Of a stretch of 64,000 nt of DNA, positions 30,786 to 42,055 are shown one piece after another. Source of the stretch: Candidatus Multivoradales bacterium (lineage in GTDB: Bacteria; Acidobacteriota; Thermoanaerobaculia; Multivoradales; J023); assembly GCA_965248925.1 (NCBI GenBank), contig CBDFLE010000006.1, positions 1,440,001-1,504,000 of the forward strand. Reading direction: 5' to 3'. Positions within the stretch are counted from its first letter, which is position 1. Each line of letters begins with the position of its first letter. A program made the position numbers and the translations under genes. The notes beneath the pieces were generated by a model. It did no database searches. It saw only the letters and a program-made list of their open reading frames with translations, and had not been told where the DNA came from.

Positions 30786-32090
30786 ATGAAGATCTGCGTA
30801 GTAGGAAGTGGTTACGTCGGCCTGGTGACCGGCGCGTGCTTAGCCGACTTCGGCATGGACGTCACCGGCGTCGACATCGATCACGGCAAGATCGAGGCGC
30901 TGAACTCGGGCCAAATTCCGATTTACGAGCCTGGCCTGCGCACCCTGGTGCGCAAGAACATGGAAGAAGGCCGGCTGAGCTTCACTACCGACCTCGGGCC
31001 GGCGATCGAAGAGGCGATCGCGGTATTCATCGCCGTCGGCACCCCGCCACGCGCCGATGGTTCCGCCGACCTCACCTTCATCCGTCAGGTGGCGACCTCG
31101 ATCGGCGAACACCTGAACGGCTACAAGGTAATCGTCACCAAGAGCACGGTACCCACCGGCACCGGTCAGATGATCGAGGAGATCGTCGCCAAGACCAGCG
31201 ATGCCAAGCACCGATTCGCCGTGGTGTCGAACCCTGAGTTCCTGCGCGAAGGCTCGGCGATCGACGACTTCCTGCATCCCGACCGGGTGGTGATCGGTAC
31301 TCGCGACCCCCAGGCGCTGGAGATCATGCACGATATCTACGGTCCGTTACGGGTGGCCAACGTGCCATTCGTCGACACCGACGTCGAGACCGCCGAGCTG
31401 ATCAAGTACGCCTCGAATGGCTTCTTGGCGACCAAGATCTCCTTCATTAACGAGACCGCCGCCCTCTGCGAAGCCTTTGGCGCCGATGTCGAGCAAGTTG
31501 CCCGCGGCATGGGACTCGACAGCCGCATCGGTCCGAAATTCCTGCAACCAGGCCCCGGATTCGGCGGTTCCTGCTTCCCCAAAGACACCCGCGCCGTCGC
31601 TCAGCTGGCAAAAGAAAAGGGCCTCACTTTCCGCATCATCGAAGCGGTGCTGAAAGCCAACGAAGTCACCAAGCTGCGCATGCTGGACAAGATCCGCGAC
31701 ACCCTCGGCGGTCTCGGTGGCAAGACCGTGGCCATCCTCGGTCTGTCTTTCAAGCCCGACACCGATGACATCCGCGAATCACCAGCCTTGCCAATCCTCG
31801 ACGGACTCATCCGCGAGCAGGCCGCGATTCGCGCCTTCGATCCAGAGGCGATCGAAGCCTGCCGCGAGCGCTACCCCCAAATCACCTACTGTGGGGACGC
31901 CTACGAAGCCGCCGAAGGCGCCGACGCGCTGGTGATCGTCACCGAGTGGAATCAGTTCCGGGCCCTCGAACTGGGACGCCTGCAAACGCTGCTGAAGGCG
32001 CCGGTGGTGATCGACCTGCGCAATATCTACGAGCCGGCCAAGATGGCCGCGGCCGGCTTCCACTACGTCTCCGTGGGGCGACAGAGTTGA
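30786..32090 (+). CDS. ugd: UDP-glucose 6-dehydrogenase
   Basis: [43 protein letters not shown]. Confidence 0.96.
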   Translation: MKICVVGSGYVGLVTGACLADFGMDVTGVDIDHGKIEALNSGQIPIYEPGLRTLVRKNMEEGRLSFTTDLGPAIEEAIAVFIAVGTPPRADGSADLTFIRQVATSIGEHLNGYKVIVTKSTVPTGTGQMIEEIVAKTSDAKHRFAVVSNPEFLREGSAIDDFLHPDRVVIGTRDPQALEIMHDIYGPLRVANVPFVDTDVETAELIKYASNGFLATKISFINETAALCEAFGADVEQVARGMGLDSRIGPKFLQPGPGFGGSCFPKDTRAVAQLAKEKGLTFRIIEAVLKANEVTKLRMLDKIRDTLGGLGGKTVAILGLSFKPDTDDIRESPALPILDGLIREQAAIRAFDPEAIEACRERYPQITYCGDAYEAAEGADALVIVTEWNQFRALELGRLQTLLKAPVVIDLRNIYEPAKMAAAGFHYVSVGRQS

Positions 32091-32124
32091 AGCAGATATT
32101 CGCCGAGATACTGGAGGTAATCAG

Positions 32125-33129
32125 GTGGAGAAAACTGTGAAGAGCAACACCCACGATGCATCCCAGAGTGCGCCTCGGGCCGTGGTCACCGGCGGTGCCG
32201 GCTTTCTTGGCTCCCACCTCTGCGAACGCTTGTTGGCCGCCGGCCAGCGGGTGATCTGCGTCGACAACTTCCTCACCGGCCAGCAACGCAACATCGCCCA
32301 CCTGCTAGAGCGGGACGATTTCGAGCTGCTCGAACACGATGTCTCGCGGCCCTTCGAGATCGACGGCGAACTCGACTTCGTGCTCCATTTCGCTTCGCCG
32401 GCGAGCCCGATCGACTATCTGGAACTACCCATCCAAACTCTGAAAGTCGGTTCCCTCGGCACCCACAACACCCTGGGTTTGGCCAAGGCGAAGGGGGCGC
32501 GGTACTTGTTGGCATCGACCTCAGAAGTCTACGGCGACCCGCTGGTCCACCCCCAGCCCGAGACCTACTGGGGCAACGTCAACCCGGTGGGGCCGCGCGG
32601 GGTCTACGACGAGGCCAAGCGGTTTGGCGAAGCGATGGTGATGGCCTATCACCGATACCACGGCCTTGAAACCCGCATCGTCCGCATCTTCAACACCTAC
32701 GGTCCGCGGATGCGACCCAACGACGGCCGCGTGGTGCCCGCTTTCATGCTGCAAGCCCTGCTCGGCCAGCCGCTGACCGTTTTTGGCGATGGCGGCCAGA
32801 CCCGCTCATTCTGCTTCGTTGACGACCTGGTTGAAGGCATCTTCCGCTTGCTCATGTCAGAGCATCCCGGACCGATCAACATCGGCAACCCGCACGAGAT
32901 GACCATCTTGCAGTTCGCCGACGAAATCCTCCGCCTGACCGATAGCAAGAGTGAGATCGTCCACCAGCCGCTGCCTGAAGACGATCCCAAGACCCGCCAG
33001 CCGGACATCCGCTTGGCGCGCCAGCTGCTCGATTGGCAGCCGGAAGTGACGCTAGCCGAGGGCCTGGCCAAGACGGTGGCCTATTTCCGCAACGTGGTCG
33101 CCGAGAGACAGGTCACCGAAACGTTCTAG
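32125..33129 (+). CDS. UDP-glucuronate decarboxylase (UDP-xylose synthase) family
   Basis: [60 protein letters not shown]. Confidence 0.93.
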   Translation: MEKTVKSNTHDASQSAPRAVVTGGAGFLGSHLCERLLAAGQRVICVDNFLTGQQRNIAHLLERDDFELLEHDVSRPFEIDGELDFVLHFASPASPIDYLELPIQTLKVGSLGTHNTLGLAKAKGARYLLASTSEVYGDPLVHPQPETYWGNVNPVGPRGVYDEAKRFGEAMVMAYHRYHGLETRIVRIFNTYGPRMRPNDGRVVPAFMLQALLGQPLTVFGDGGQTRSFCFVDDLVEGIFRLLMSEHPGPINIGNPHEMTILQFADEILRLTDSKSEIVHQPLPEDDPKTRQPDIRLARQLLDWQPEVTLAEGLAKTVAYFRNVVAERQVTETF

Positions 33130-33215
33130 CGCTGAGCAGATCTGGATTCGCGAGATCCGACCAGCAGCAACTCGCCAGTCGACTCGAATTTCACCACGGA
33201 CTTCTGGAGGTCCCC

Positions 33216-33476
33216 GTGACCGAGACTGAGAACGCCATCGAATGCAAGCGCTGCGGCCACCACAAGGCGGCCGCCGAGGACGTCACCTACGGCGGTGAAC
33301 TAGGAAATGAGATCCGCCGCCACACTTGTGCCGAATGCTGGCTAAAGTGGCTGGACACCGAAGTGATCGTGATCAACGAGCTGAAGCTCAATTTCATGGA
33401 ACCGCAGTCGCTCGACACCTTGACCCAACACCTGCGCGACTTCCTTCAATTAGACACCGCCGCGCCGACCTCCTGA
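33216..33476 (+). CDS. YggX-like Fe(II)-trafficking/oxidative-damage protein
   Basis: GGELGNEI..CAECWLKWL...INELKLN matches the YggX pattern; GGAGG RBS before GTG 33216. Confidence 0.8.
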   Translation: MTETENAIECKRCGHHKAAAEDVTYGGELGNEIRRHTCAECWLKWLDTEVIVINELKLNFMEPQSLDTLTQHLRDFLQLDTAAPTS

Positions 33477-33495
33477 ACCCGAGGCGGGATCCACT

Positions 33496-34263
33496 TTGAA
33501 TAGCGAAACCTCCATCACCAGCAGCGATCGACCGGTCCTGCCGCGCAAAGTGCTGCTGCGGTTTGTCTTGTTAATCGCCTTGGTGGTGGGCGGCTTCCTG
33601 ATCTTGACCCGCACACCGCTGGCCGAGCATCTGACCCGCGAGCAACTGCTCGCCACTCTGGGCGAGCTGCGCAACGCTTGGTGGTCACCGCTGCTATTGA
33701 TCGGCCTGTTCGCGTTAGTCGCCCCTCTGGGAGTGCCGGTCAGTCCCTTGGTGGTGACCGGAGGCGCGGTTTTCGGCACCCTTCTGGGGGGCCTCTATAA
33801 CACCGCCGGCCTGTTCATCGGCGCCGGCACCTCCTACATGATGGCCCGCTTTCTGGGCCGCGATTTCGTCGCTCATTTCGCCGGTTCACGGCTACGCCGC
33901 GCCGAGCGGGTGCTACACCGGCAGGGATTCTGGCCCTTGGTGCAAGTGCGCTTCATGCCCCTACCCTTCGCAGTGGTCAACTACGGTGCCGCCTTGGCCG
34001 GCATCCCCTTGCCGCGCTTCCTGGCCGCCTCGTTGATCGGCCTGGCCCCCGCCACCCTGATGCACACCTTCTTCGTCGCCACCCTGCTGGCGACCCCCAA
34101 AGAGCGCCAGTTACCGGTCTTGGGGCTGTATCTTGCCACCTGGATCTTGCTAGCGGCATTCAGCGGTTTCTCCTCCGCCCGCCGCTGGTGGCGCCGCCGG
34201 CAACGCTACCGCGACCTGCTCGCTGAACGTCGCGCGGCGGGCCGCGACAGCAGTCGCGGCTGA
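33496..34263 (+). CDS. VTT/TVP38 (DedA-related) membrane protein
   Basis: GGAVFG..ARFLGRDFV..RFMPLPFAVVNYGAAL..IGLAP. Confidence 0.88.
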   Translation: MNSETSITSSDRPVLPRKVLLRFVLLIALVVGGFLILTRTPLAEHLTREQLLATLGELRNAWWSPLLLIGLFALVAPLGVPVSPLVVTGGAVFGTLLGGLYNTAGLFIGAGTSYMMARFLGRDFVAHFAGSRLRRAERVLHRQGFWPLVQVRFMPLPFAVVNYGAALAGIPLPRFLAASLIGLAPATLMHTFFVATLLATPKERQLPVLGLYLATWILLAAFSGFSSARRWWRRRQRYRDLLAERRAAGRDSSRG

Positions 34264-34576
34264 ATGAGTTCTTAGATCCCAAGAAGGTGGCCTCTCACCC
34301 AGCAGGCACTGCAACCCGAGAAAACCAAGAACAGAGAATGTCTCGGCGAGGTGGTGTGGCCAACTTGGTCAGCCGACGCTGCAAGAAGCGGACAGGTTTC
34401 TTCGCCAACTCTCCGACAGCTGATCGACAGCGGTCACTCGGTCACCCTGGCAGGACGAGAAAGGGTGGGATGAGAACGTTGATGACGGCCGTAACGCATC
34501 AATCCGCACCTCGGATCAGACCCTTGTTCCCCACCTGCAGGCGAGATGTCCCCGCGGCCTCAGTGGGTCCGTTGAC

Positions 34577-34592
34577 CGGAACGGTTCTTGCG
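34577..34592 (+). promoter_or_regulatory. Putative sigma-54 (-24/-12) promoter of the S8 protease gene
   Basis: CGGAACGGTTCTTGCG: GG-N10-GC with TTGC, about 120 nt upstream of ATG 34714. Confidence 0.5.
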
Positions 34593-34713
34593 CCTCAAGA
34601 CGCTGAGATGGCGGGGATCTTCCTCGCCCCCAACAGCCCGTGGCAAGAGGTCGAGACGCTGTAAGGCGTCCCCTTGCGGCTGGTTTGCTGGTGACACAAC
34701 TAGGAGATTGCAC

Positions 34714-37700
34714 ATGCGAAAGCCGTGGTCATTGATATCAAGATTTCTTATTCTGGTGGTCTGGTTCGTGGCCTTGCCGCCGTTGTTGGCTGAAAACATC
34801 GGGGAGCACCGGCCGGGCGCCATCGAGGGAGAATACCTGGTGCTGTGGGATGTGCCACCAGGCAAGTTCTCGGGCCAGTTCTCCAACCATTGCCAGAAAG
34901 CTCGCCGACGACTATGAAGGCGAGGTGCAGGCGGTTTGGCAGTGCGTGCTGCCCGGTGCCGTGATGAAGATCTCGGCACAAAGCGCCAAACGCTTGGCGC
35001 TCGATCCGCGGGTGCTGAGGGTGGAGCAGAACCAACGCCGTTTGCCAGCCACCGCCGGCGAGCTCCTCGCCACCGCACCAGCCAAGTTGGGCGCGGCCAC
35101 TTGTGAGAGCAAGTCGGCTGGCCAACAGCAGATTTGCGATTGCGATTCTCCAGATCCCAACAAGCCATCGAGCTGCACGGACAATTGGGGCCTCGACCGG
35201 ATCGACCAAGCTTCTGGCGTCCGCGACTAGCAGTACTCGTGGGGTGCCACGGGCTTCGGCGTTCATGTCTATGTGTGGGATTCGGGGGTCCGCAACACCC
35301 ACCAGGAATTCGCCGACCGGGTGCTCGATGGCTACGGCGCCGATGGCCGTCCGCACGTCGACCTCCATCCTCGGAGCCATGGTACGCGGGTGGCGAGCAT
35401 TATCGGTGGGGAGACGTTCGGCGTCGCCAAGGAGGTCTGGCTGCATTCGGTCAAGATCGCCGGCAACACCGGAGGCCCGTCGACCGCCGGCTATGTCAAC
35501 GGCCTTGAGTTCATCTGCCAGCATCGGCAGGATCACAACATTGGACCAGCGGTGGTCAACATCAGCTTGAATGAGGATAAAGATCCCGATGGTGACGATG
35601 TCGACGAAGTGGTCTTCAGCCAAGCGGTACGCAACCTAGTTGAGTTGCACGGCATTACGGTGGTGGTTTCCGCCGGCAATCAAGAACTCAGCCCGCTGGA
35701 CTTCGCGCCTTCCGACCAAGCGCCGGTGGACGGAGTGATCGTCGCTGGCGGCATCGATTTCTCGGACCAACGCTGGCGCCGGCAAGAAACCGACCCCGAT
35801 TACACGACGTTCTGTGTTGACTTCGATGATTGTGGCTCGAACTTCGGTGTTGATATCGACCTGTGGGCGCCCGCCGCTTGGATTTACTCAGCGACCAAAG
35901 GTACGGACACCGAGGAGGAGTGGCTCTCCGGGACCTCCTTCGCCTCGCCCTTCGTCACCGGCGTTGTGGCCCTCTACCTGGAGCAAAACCCTAATGCCAC
36001 CCCCACTCAAGTGGAGCAAGCGCTGGTCGCCAACGCGACCGTTCCAGTGCCACCTCTGGGGGACATCGGCCTTTCTCCGAACCGGCTGCTTTACAGCGGT
36101 TTCATCCAGGATAATAGTGCAACTCCATTCGCTCCGGTGGCCCGTTCGGATAGCGCTATCACCGAGGTCGACTTGCCGGTCGAGATCCGGGTCCTCGACA
36201 ACGACACCGATCGCAACGGCGGTCCGTTGAATGTGTCGGCGGTCACCCAAGATTCGATCGGTAGCGTGACCTTCGACGGCACGAGCGTGCAGTACACCCC
36301 CGATCCGGGGCAGGCAGGGACCGACACATTCTCCTACACCGTCAGTGACGGCCAGTTGACCGCTACTTCGACCGTGACGGTCGAAGTAGTCCCAGATCTA
36401 CCGCCGATAGCGGTCGACGACTTCTTCGCCCTGCGCTCCACCGAGACCTTGCGCTTCAGCACCGGGCAGCTGGTCGAGAACGATCTGGACGAGGGGCCGA
36501 TCACTCCCCTCCAGGTGTTCCAAGACGATCCGCGGCACGGTGAGATCCATTTTGCCGGCGGCGTTAACAACTGGGACTATTTTCCCGACCCCGGCTTTCA
36601 AGGTGTCGACAACTTTCGCTACGAGATCCGCGACGAGGCGTTACAACGGGACATCGGCATGGTCTTCGTGACCGTGAGAAACCCTGCCAACGTGCCGCCC
36701 AATGCGCAACCGGACAGCTTTACCATGGCCCAAGGAACGGCGTTGGGGTTGACTTCGATCCAGTTGCTCGCCAACGATTCGGATGCCAATGGCGATCCCT
36801 TGGTGGTGGCTGGTTTTGGCGCGCCCACGGTGGGCTCGATCAGCTGCTGCGGCGTGGTCCAGGGTGGCTTCGGCTTTACTTACACTCCGCCGCCGAGCTT
36901 TGCCGGCAGCGATACGTTCGAGTACTCGGCGTCAGACGGCGTGGCCCAAGACGCAGCGTTGGTGACGATCACGGTGGAAGGTAACAACTGGCCCACGGCT
37001 CACGACGACGTAGCCGAGATGGTGCAGCCTGGTTTCGTCAAGGTGCCGGTGCTCAACAACGACACCGATCCCGAAGGCGATTCGTTGAGCGTCGTCTCCG
37101 TCGGTGCTGCCAGCCACGGCAGCTTGGTGATTACCAACCTGGGGACCCAGGTGAAGTACACGCCTAGCGATCCGGCCTTTATCGGTCAGGACCACTTCAC
37201 CTACACCATCAGCGACCCGTCTGCTGGGATGGACACGGCGGGGGTGTCGATCACTGTTAACGGTGCCAGTAATCTGGCACCGGACGCCCGTGAAGATCAG
37301 CTCTTCACCTACCAGAATCAGCCGCTGACCTTCACCTTTGGTGGGCTGACTTGGAACGACTACGACCCCGATGGCCAGGTCAGCATCAGCAGCTTGAGCA
37401 CCGATGTCAACGGTTGGCTGACTTGCACCGGAACAATTTGCCACTACACACCGCCAACCTTTTTCGCTGGCACCACCACCTTCGACTACACCGTGACCGA
37501 CGGTGCCGGTGGCGAGGATACGGCGCAAGTGAAGATCTACGTCGGCCTGCGGCGGGCGGCGCCAATCGCCGGTCAGGACAGCTTTACAACCACCAAGGGC
37601 AGTGGCTTCGACTTCACTCTCTTCGACTTGCTGGCCAACGACTCCGATGCTGATGGTGACGTGCTCTCGGTGCGCTCGATCAGTAGCTCGCCGAACAGCA

Positions 37701-38422
37701 CCGTCACTTGCTCAAACCCGGTGTATGCCTGTTCTTATCAACCCAACCCGGGTTTTGTCGGGGTCGATCACTTGACCTATGTGGTGACCGATGGCGTCAA
37801 CAGCGATGTCACGGCCGAGATCCTGGTGTGGGTGGTCGGGCCGCCCGATCAACCGGACGCGCGAGGTGATCAAGTCTTCACCTACCAAAACCAACCGAAG
37901 TGGATTCCCTTGGCGGCAATGCTGGTCAACGATTTTGATCCCTTGGCACACCCCCTCACCGTCAGCGCGGTCGACGACTCCGAGGTCCGGGGCTCACTGA
38001 CCTGCTCGACCTTTGGTTGCCAATACCTACCGCCGACCTACTTCGGCGGCTACACGGAGTTTCGCTACACCGTGGACGATGGCCAGGGCAACAGCGATGA
38101 GGCGCGGGTAAGGATCTACGTCGGCCAGCGTTTCGATCCACCCACGGCCGCCGACGACCATTTCTCGACCCCTGCCGGGATGGCGTTAGAGCTGTCGATC
38201 TTCGACCTGCTGGCCAACGATTGGGATCTGCAAGGCGACAGCTTGACGGTCACCGACATCGGGTCCCCGAGCCAGGGCACCTTGAGCTGCTCGCGGCCGA
38301 TCTACACCTGCACCTACACCCCATTCAGCGGTGCCAGCGGTAGTGATTCCTTCGGCTACACGATCAACGATGGGGTGAATGACGAAGCCTCGGCAATGAT
38401 CACTATCCAAATCAGCCCCTGA
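34714..38422 (+). pseudogene. Secreted S8 (aqualysin/proteinase K-like) protease with I9 propeptide and 8 Ig/cadherin-like (Big_9) repeats; interrupted by a frameshift (~34860-34890) and an in-frame TAG (35228-35230)
   Basis: AGGAG RBS and signal peptide MRKPWSLISRFLILVV; propeptide ..RLALDPRVLRVEQNQ in another frame; NWGLDRIDQ..RD*QYSWGATG..WDSGV; HGTRVAS; SGTSFASP; repeats begin PxAxxD and contain L(L)xND and FxYTV.DG. Confidence 0.85.
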
Positions 38423-38860
38423 GGAGGCTTCGCCGTTGCGGCTCCGGCACCAAGTCGGAGTCGCTCGCTTTGATCAACCAGGGCGCGGGCAGGGAGTGGA
38501 CATCTTGCAGCCGCGGCGGACCGCTGGTCGAACGGGCGCTCGGGATCATGCAAAACCAACTGGGCGCCGACCATCCCGACGTGCTCAGGACCCAGCGTAT
38601 CCTCGCCGGCATGCTGTTCGACCTCGGAGATCCGGCACGCGCCGAGCAGCTTCTGCGTCAGCAAGTGGCCCGGCGCATCGCCACCGCAGCTGAGGACTCC
38701 CCCGCAGTGGCAACCGATTTGCACCTGCTCGGCACCGCTTTGCAGGCCGCCGGACGTCTGGATGAGGCCGAGACTGCCATGCGCAACGCACTCGCGCGAC
38801 GCCTCGCCGCCACCCCGGTGGAATCCCTGGCGCTGGCTAGCTCCAAGGTCGGCCGCGCGC
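38423..38860 (+). pseudogene. Fragment of a kinesin-light-chain-type TPR protein
   Basis: LGADHPDVLRTQRILAGMLFDLG, VATDLHLLGTALQAAGRLDEAE; no proper start and the frame decays. Confidence 0.6.
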
Positions 38861-39099
38861 CCTGCTGGTCGAGAATGCCGTTCCGCGGAGACCGAACCGG
38901 TGGCCCTGACCCCGGCAGTTATGGCCGAAGAGGCAACCGCCGAGGCATCGACTCACCAGGTCGTCCAGCATCCAGCTAGCGCGGTCCTGGGCGAGGCCAA
39001 GGAAGTCTATCCTGCTCGACGAGAACCACCAGAAACTCGCCACCATCGCCCTGCGGCGGAGGAAGGTCCTTGGGGCGTACAGCGGCGAGGAGCACGACG

Positions 39100-39850
39100 T
39101 GGTACCTGGCAGAGTGCGCAGCGTGCCGCAGCGCGAAGGTCAGTTGGTCGCCCAGAGAGATCTCCTGGTGCACATTGACGACGAAAACGAGAGCCGCAGC
39201 TCGAAAGAGACCGCAGGTTGCTCGCCGGCCGCAGCATCTCGCTAGAGAAGCTGGACGAAACCGTTCGTCGACTCGATGGCTTGCGGGCCAGTATTCAGGA
39301 GAGCGAGCAGGTCCTGGCCCTGGCCCGAGCACGCCGTGGGTACGGCGAGGTCAGGGCGCCTTTCGCCGGTGTCATCCAGGCGGTCATGATCCATCCCGGC
39401 GAGCTGGCGATGGCCGGCAAAACGCTCCTCGAACTAGTCGGCGAAGCCGCCCTCAAGGCGGTGGCAAATATCCCCCAAGTCGATCTGCCGAAGTTGCTCG
39501 GCGTCATCCTGCTTACCGGTCCGGTGGTTAACAACAGCATCGTACTGGTTGATTACGTGCTGCAACGCCGCGCCGAGGGAGCCAGCCTGGAGCGGTCGGT
39601 CATCGATGCGGTGACCACCCGCTATCGCCCGATCATGATGACCGCCTTCTCGGACATCGCCGGCATGCGAAACCAGTCTCGAAATTGCCGTCCGGGGATC
39701 AGCCGCGGTGGCCGAATGTGAGCGCCTGCGACGCGACAACGGTGTGGGTACACCTGCCGACTTCCTCGACGCCGAAGCCGACCTGCTGCAAGCCAAAGCC
39801 AACCTGACTCTCGCCCGCAACGCGATGATTTTCGGCTCTCCTCAACTAGG
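39100..39850 (+). pseudogene. Collapsed RND efflux operon remnant (MFP, AcrB-like and TolC-like fragments)
   Basis: GRVRSVPQREGQLV..LLVHID and EVRAPFAGVI (MFP) fused in frame to LGVILLTGPVVNNSIVLVDY..RYRPIMMT (AcrB C-terminus), then DFLDAEADLLQAKANL (TolC C-terminus). Confidence 0.75.
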
Positions 39851-39878
39851 AGCGGGTTCCTTCGTGGCTTTGTAGATG

Positions 39879-39945
39879 CCCTGTGGAAGGCGCGGAAAGC
39901 CGGAGACCCCCCGCCCTGCCGCGGCTTACCGCCCCTCCCACAGGG
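39879..39945. repeat. Long imperfect inverted repeat (24-bp arms)
   Basis: CCCTGTGGAAGGCGCGGAAAGCCG ... CGGCTTACCGCCCCTCCCACAGGG, 21/24 paired. Confidence 0.75.
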
Positions 39946-39954
39946 TCGGCGGTG

Positions 39955-40413
39955 TTAACGGCTGCCAAAAAGCGGGGTATTTCGGCTGCCAACCGCGCTT
40001 TTCTCGGGTGGCGCCCGGAGAAGGCGGCTGCGTCGCCGGGGCGCTCGGCGAAACGCAAGTGGTTGAGTGTGGTGGAAATAGGTCGGGCCGACATCGCAGG
40101 TGCAGCAGTAGTACCAGCGAGGACCCTCATGCGTCCAGACACGCTGCGATCGCGCCTTCGAGGAACAGTGATCCGTCACGCTTGCCCTGGCACGCTGGCG
40201 AGCCCGGCAGTGTGCCTGACGCTGCCTGTGAAACTGCCGGCCATGTGGAGTGACCCGATAACGCCGATTCGCTTCCCGGCGGGCTTGCCTGCGCGCCTGC
40301 TGAGCACAGTCCGGGCCACAGTAGCGATTGCCGCGATCGCACCGAGTACAGACCGACACCAGCCGGTTGTAGCGATCACAGTAGAACAGGCGGTGACTCT
40401 TGACCTTTCGCAC
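39955..40413 (-). CDS. Cys/Arg-rich small protein of a type usually found beside IS21-like transposases (orphan here)
   Basis: RLFYCDRY..VCTRCDRGNRYCGPDCAQQARR..RRY..GRQFH..RQ..VTDH; the family link is from recall, not a search. Confidence 0.55.
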   Translation of the reverse strand: MRKVKSHRLFYCDRYNRLVSVCTRCDRGNRYCGPDCAQQARRQARREANRRYRVTPHGRQFHRQRQAHCRARQRARASVTDHCSSKARSQRVWTHEGPRWYYCCTCDVGPTYFHHTQPLAFRRAPRRRSRLLRAPPEKSAVGSRNTPLFGSR

Positions 40414-40774
40414 ACTCGGAATCCTACCGCCCCGGCGCCAGGGGATCAGCTAGCCGGTTGAGCTTAGCTTCGCGCTCCCGAGCGCGACGATGATGCTGAC
40501 CTGCTCAGATCAGGAAACGCGGCTAGATCGCCGCAATGCCGCGCTTTTCAACCGCCGTTGACACGGCGGCGACTGCGACCGGGACTCAGGCGTGCGTGCA
40601 AGGAGCTGGGAGAGGCTCAGGTGCCGTAAACACCGGTGTTCAGGGCATTTCTCTACCTTTGCCGGCTGAAATCACTCACTGCAAGTTGAGGAGAGTCTGA
40701 TTTTCGCGCGGGTCCATCTGGCCAGCCTCCAAGGTGGGCTCGGCAGCCACTAGGTAACCGAGCAGCTGCAAGTA

Positions 40775-40803
40775 GCGGAGGCACCTTCGAACGGCGCCTC
40801 CGC
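40775..40803 (-). terminator. Hairpin downstream of the 313-aa ORF
   Basis: Minus strand GCGGAGGCGCC-GTTCGAA-GGTGCCTCCGC (one G-U pair), 25 nt after the stop codon. Confidence 0.55.
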
Positions 40804-40828
40804 ACGGCTACAGATCGGCTATCGAGGT

Positions 40829-41770
40829 TTAGTAAACGTGGCAGTGAGGCACGCAGAGGTAGTTCGCGTTGCCCGTCGCGAAGTCGTTGCGGGCGCGGGA
40901 TCCACTGCCACGAGCGTAGACATAGAGGCCGATCGTGCAGCGGATGTAAGCCCAGTCGCCACCACCGAGCAGATAGCTATTGTAGGTGTGGCGGTCGACA
41001 TCCAGGCGCTTGCTCTCGTTGATGTTCGAACCACTCCGGTTAAGGACGTTGACGTGGTTCCACCCCTTCCAGTTGTACTGGTAGACGTTGGTCCAAGCTG
41101 AGACCGCTACCCGGGCCCGCTTGGAGGTGAAGAACCCGTCGTCTGCCCGAACCACGTAGAAACCGCGGAATCGAAACTGCGGAATGACACTGTAGAAACG
41201 GGTCACCCGCGGGCGGTACCAGAAACCAAACTCCACCCACGATTGGTTCTTACCCACGCCACTACCGAACAGGCCAGAGCCAGCACCCTTGGCCCAGTTG
41301 TAGTAATTCTTGCAAGTGCCGCCCGTAAGCAGCGCCGCCTTGGCCGAATGACCGGACACTTCCTTGGCAGAGATCGAGCCCGCGAAGCGGTCCGAGTCGT
41401 CAGCCGAAGAGAAGTCCGCCGTCCAGGCCGGCCGCAAAGTCCTGGCCCCCTTGCCGCGCAACTCGTGCAACTCGGCAGCATCCTCATCAGCCACCACCAG
41501 AGACCGAGATTCCTCAGCCATCCGAGCTTCCGTCGCTTCAGTCTCCGCATCCGCTTCTCGACTCAGCTTGCGGTCGAAGGCATCCAAGCGAGCGACATCG
41601 ATACCGGCGGCCTTGATCTCCTTGAGCGCTGACCGCAAATGCCTCTGGCATCTCTTCTCCTCCTCCTTGCGCTTCGCAGCGAACTCCGCCATCTCCTGAT
41701 TGCGTTCACCGGTGATCTGTTGAATGAGAAATTCTTGTAACTTCCTGCGTTTCTTCATGCGTTCCTCCAA
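40829..41770 (-). CDS. Hypothetical protein: charged helical N-half, aromatic beta-rich C-half
   Basis: 313-aa ORF with coding-like codon usage; GGAGG before ATG(KKRR); followed by a hairpin. Confidence 0.75.
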   Translation of the reverse strand: MEERMKKRRKLQEFLIQQITGERNQEMAEFAAKRKEEEKRCQRHLRSALKEIKAAGIDVARLDAFDRKLSREADAETEATEARMAEESRSLVVADEDAAELHELRGKGARTLRPAWTADFSSADDSDRFAGSISAKEVSGHSAKAALLTGGTCKNYYNWAKGAGSGLFGSGVGKNQSWVEFGFWYRPRVTRFYSVIPQFRFRGFYVVRADDGFFTSKRARVAVSAWTNVYQYNWKGWNHVNVLNRSGSNINESKRLDVDRHTYNSYLLGGGDWAYIRCTIGLYVYARGSGSRARNDFATGNANYLCVPHCHVY

Positions 41771-42055
41771 TACAACGTCTCATTTATGCTGGCTTCTATA
41801 TAAAGCCACGGCACGCCGCCTCCAGGTTACATCCGCCCGAAACTCAACGGCGCTGGTGCCCTTCGTAAGACAAGACGGAAGGAAGAGAGAAAACTCTCAC
41901 CTACGCCGAAAAATATGGCCCACTACACTTTGCCCGGGTAACGATCACCGGCTGAGACTCTCCGGGTAGAGATCGAAACCATCAAAGTAAGCCATTGCTT
42001 TACCGGTGACCTTCAGCAGGTGTACGATTCCAGAACTCCTGACATACCCTTTTTC

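Noticed and set aside
29665-33129. UDP-sugar cluster as dedicated donor supply for the oxygenase-GT fusion
   Set aside because: It lies 27 kb away and is a common housekeeping cluster; nothing in the sequence links them.
35228-35230. Programmed amber read-through (pyrrolysine or alternative code) in the S8 gene
   Set aside because: TAG terminates ordinary genes here (lon, hrcA, vapC) and the same gene also has a frameshift.
39871-40650. Terminal inverted repeats (ATGCCCTG / CAGGGCAT) around the Cys-rich ORF
   Set aside because: Only 8 bp match and no target duplication was found.
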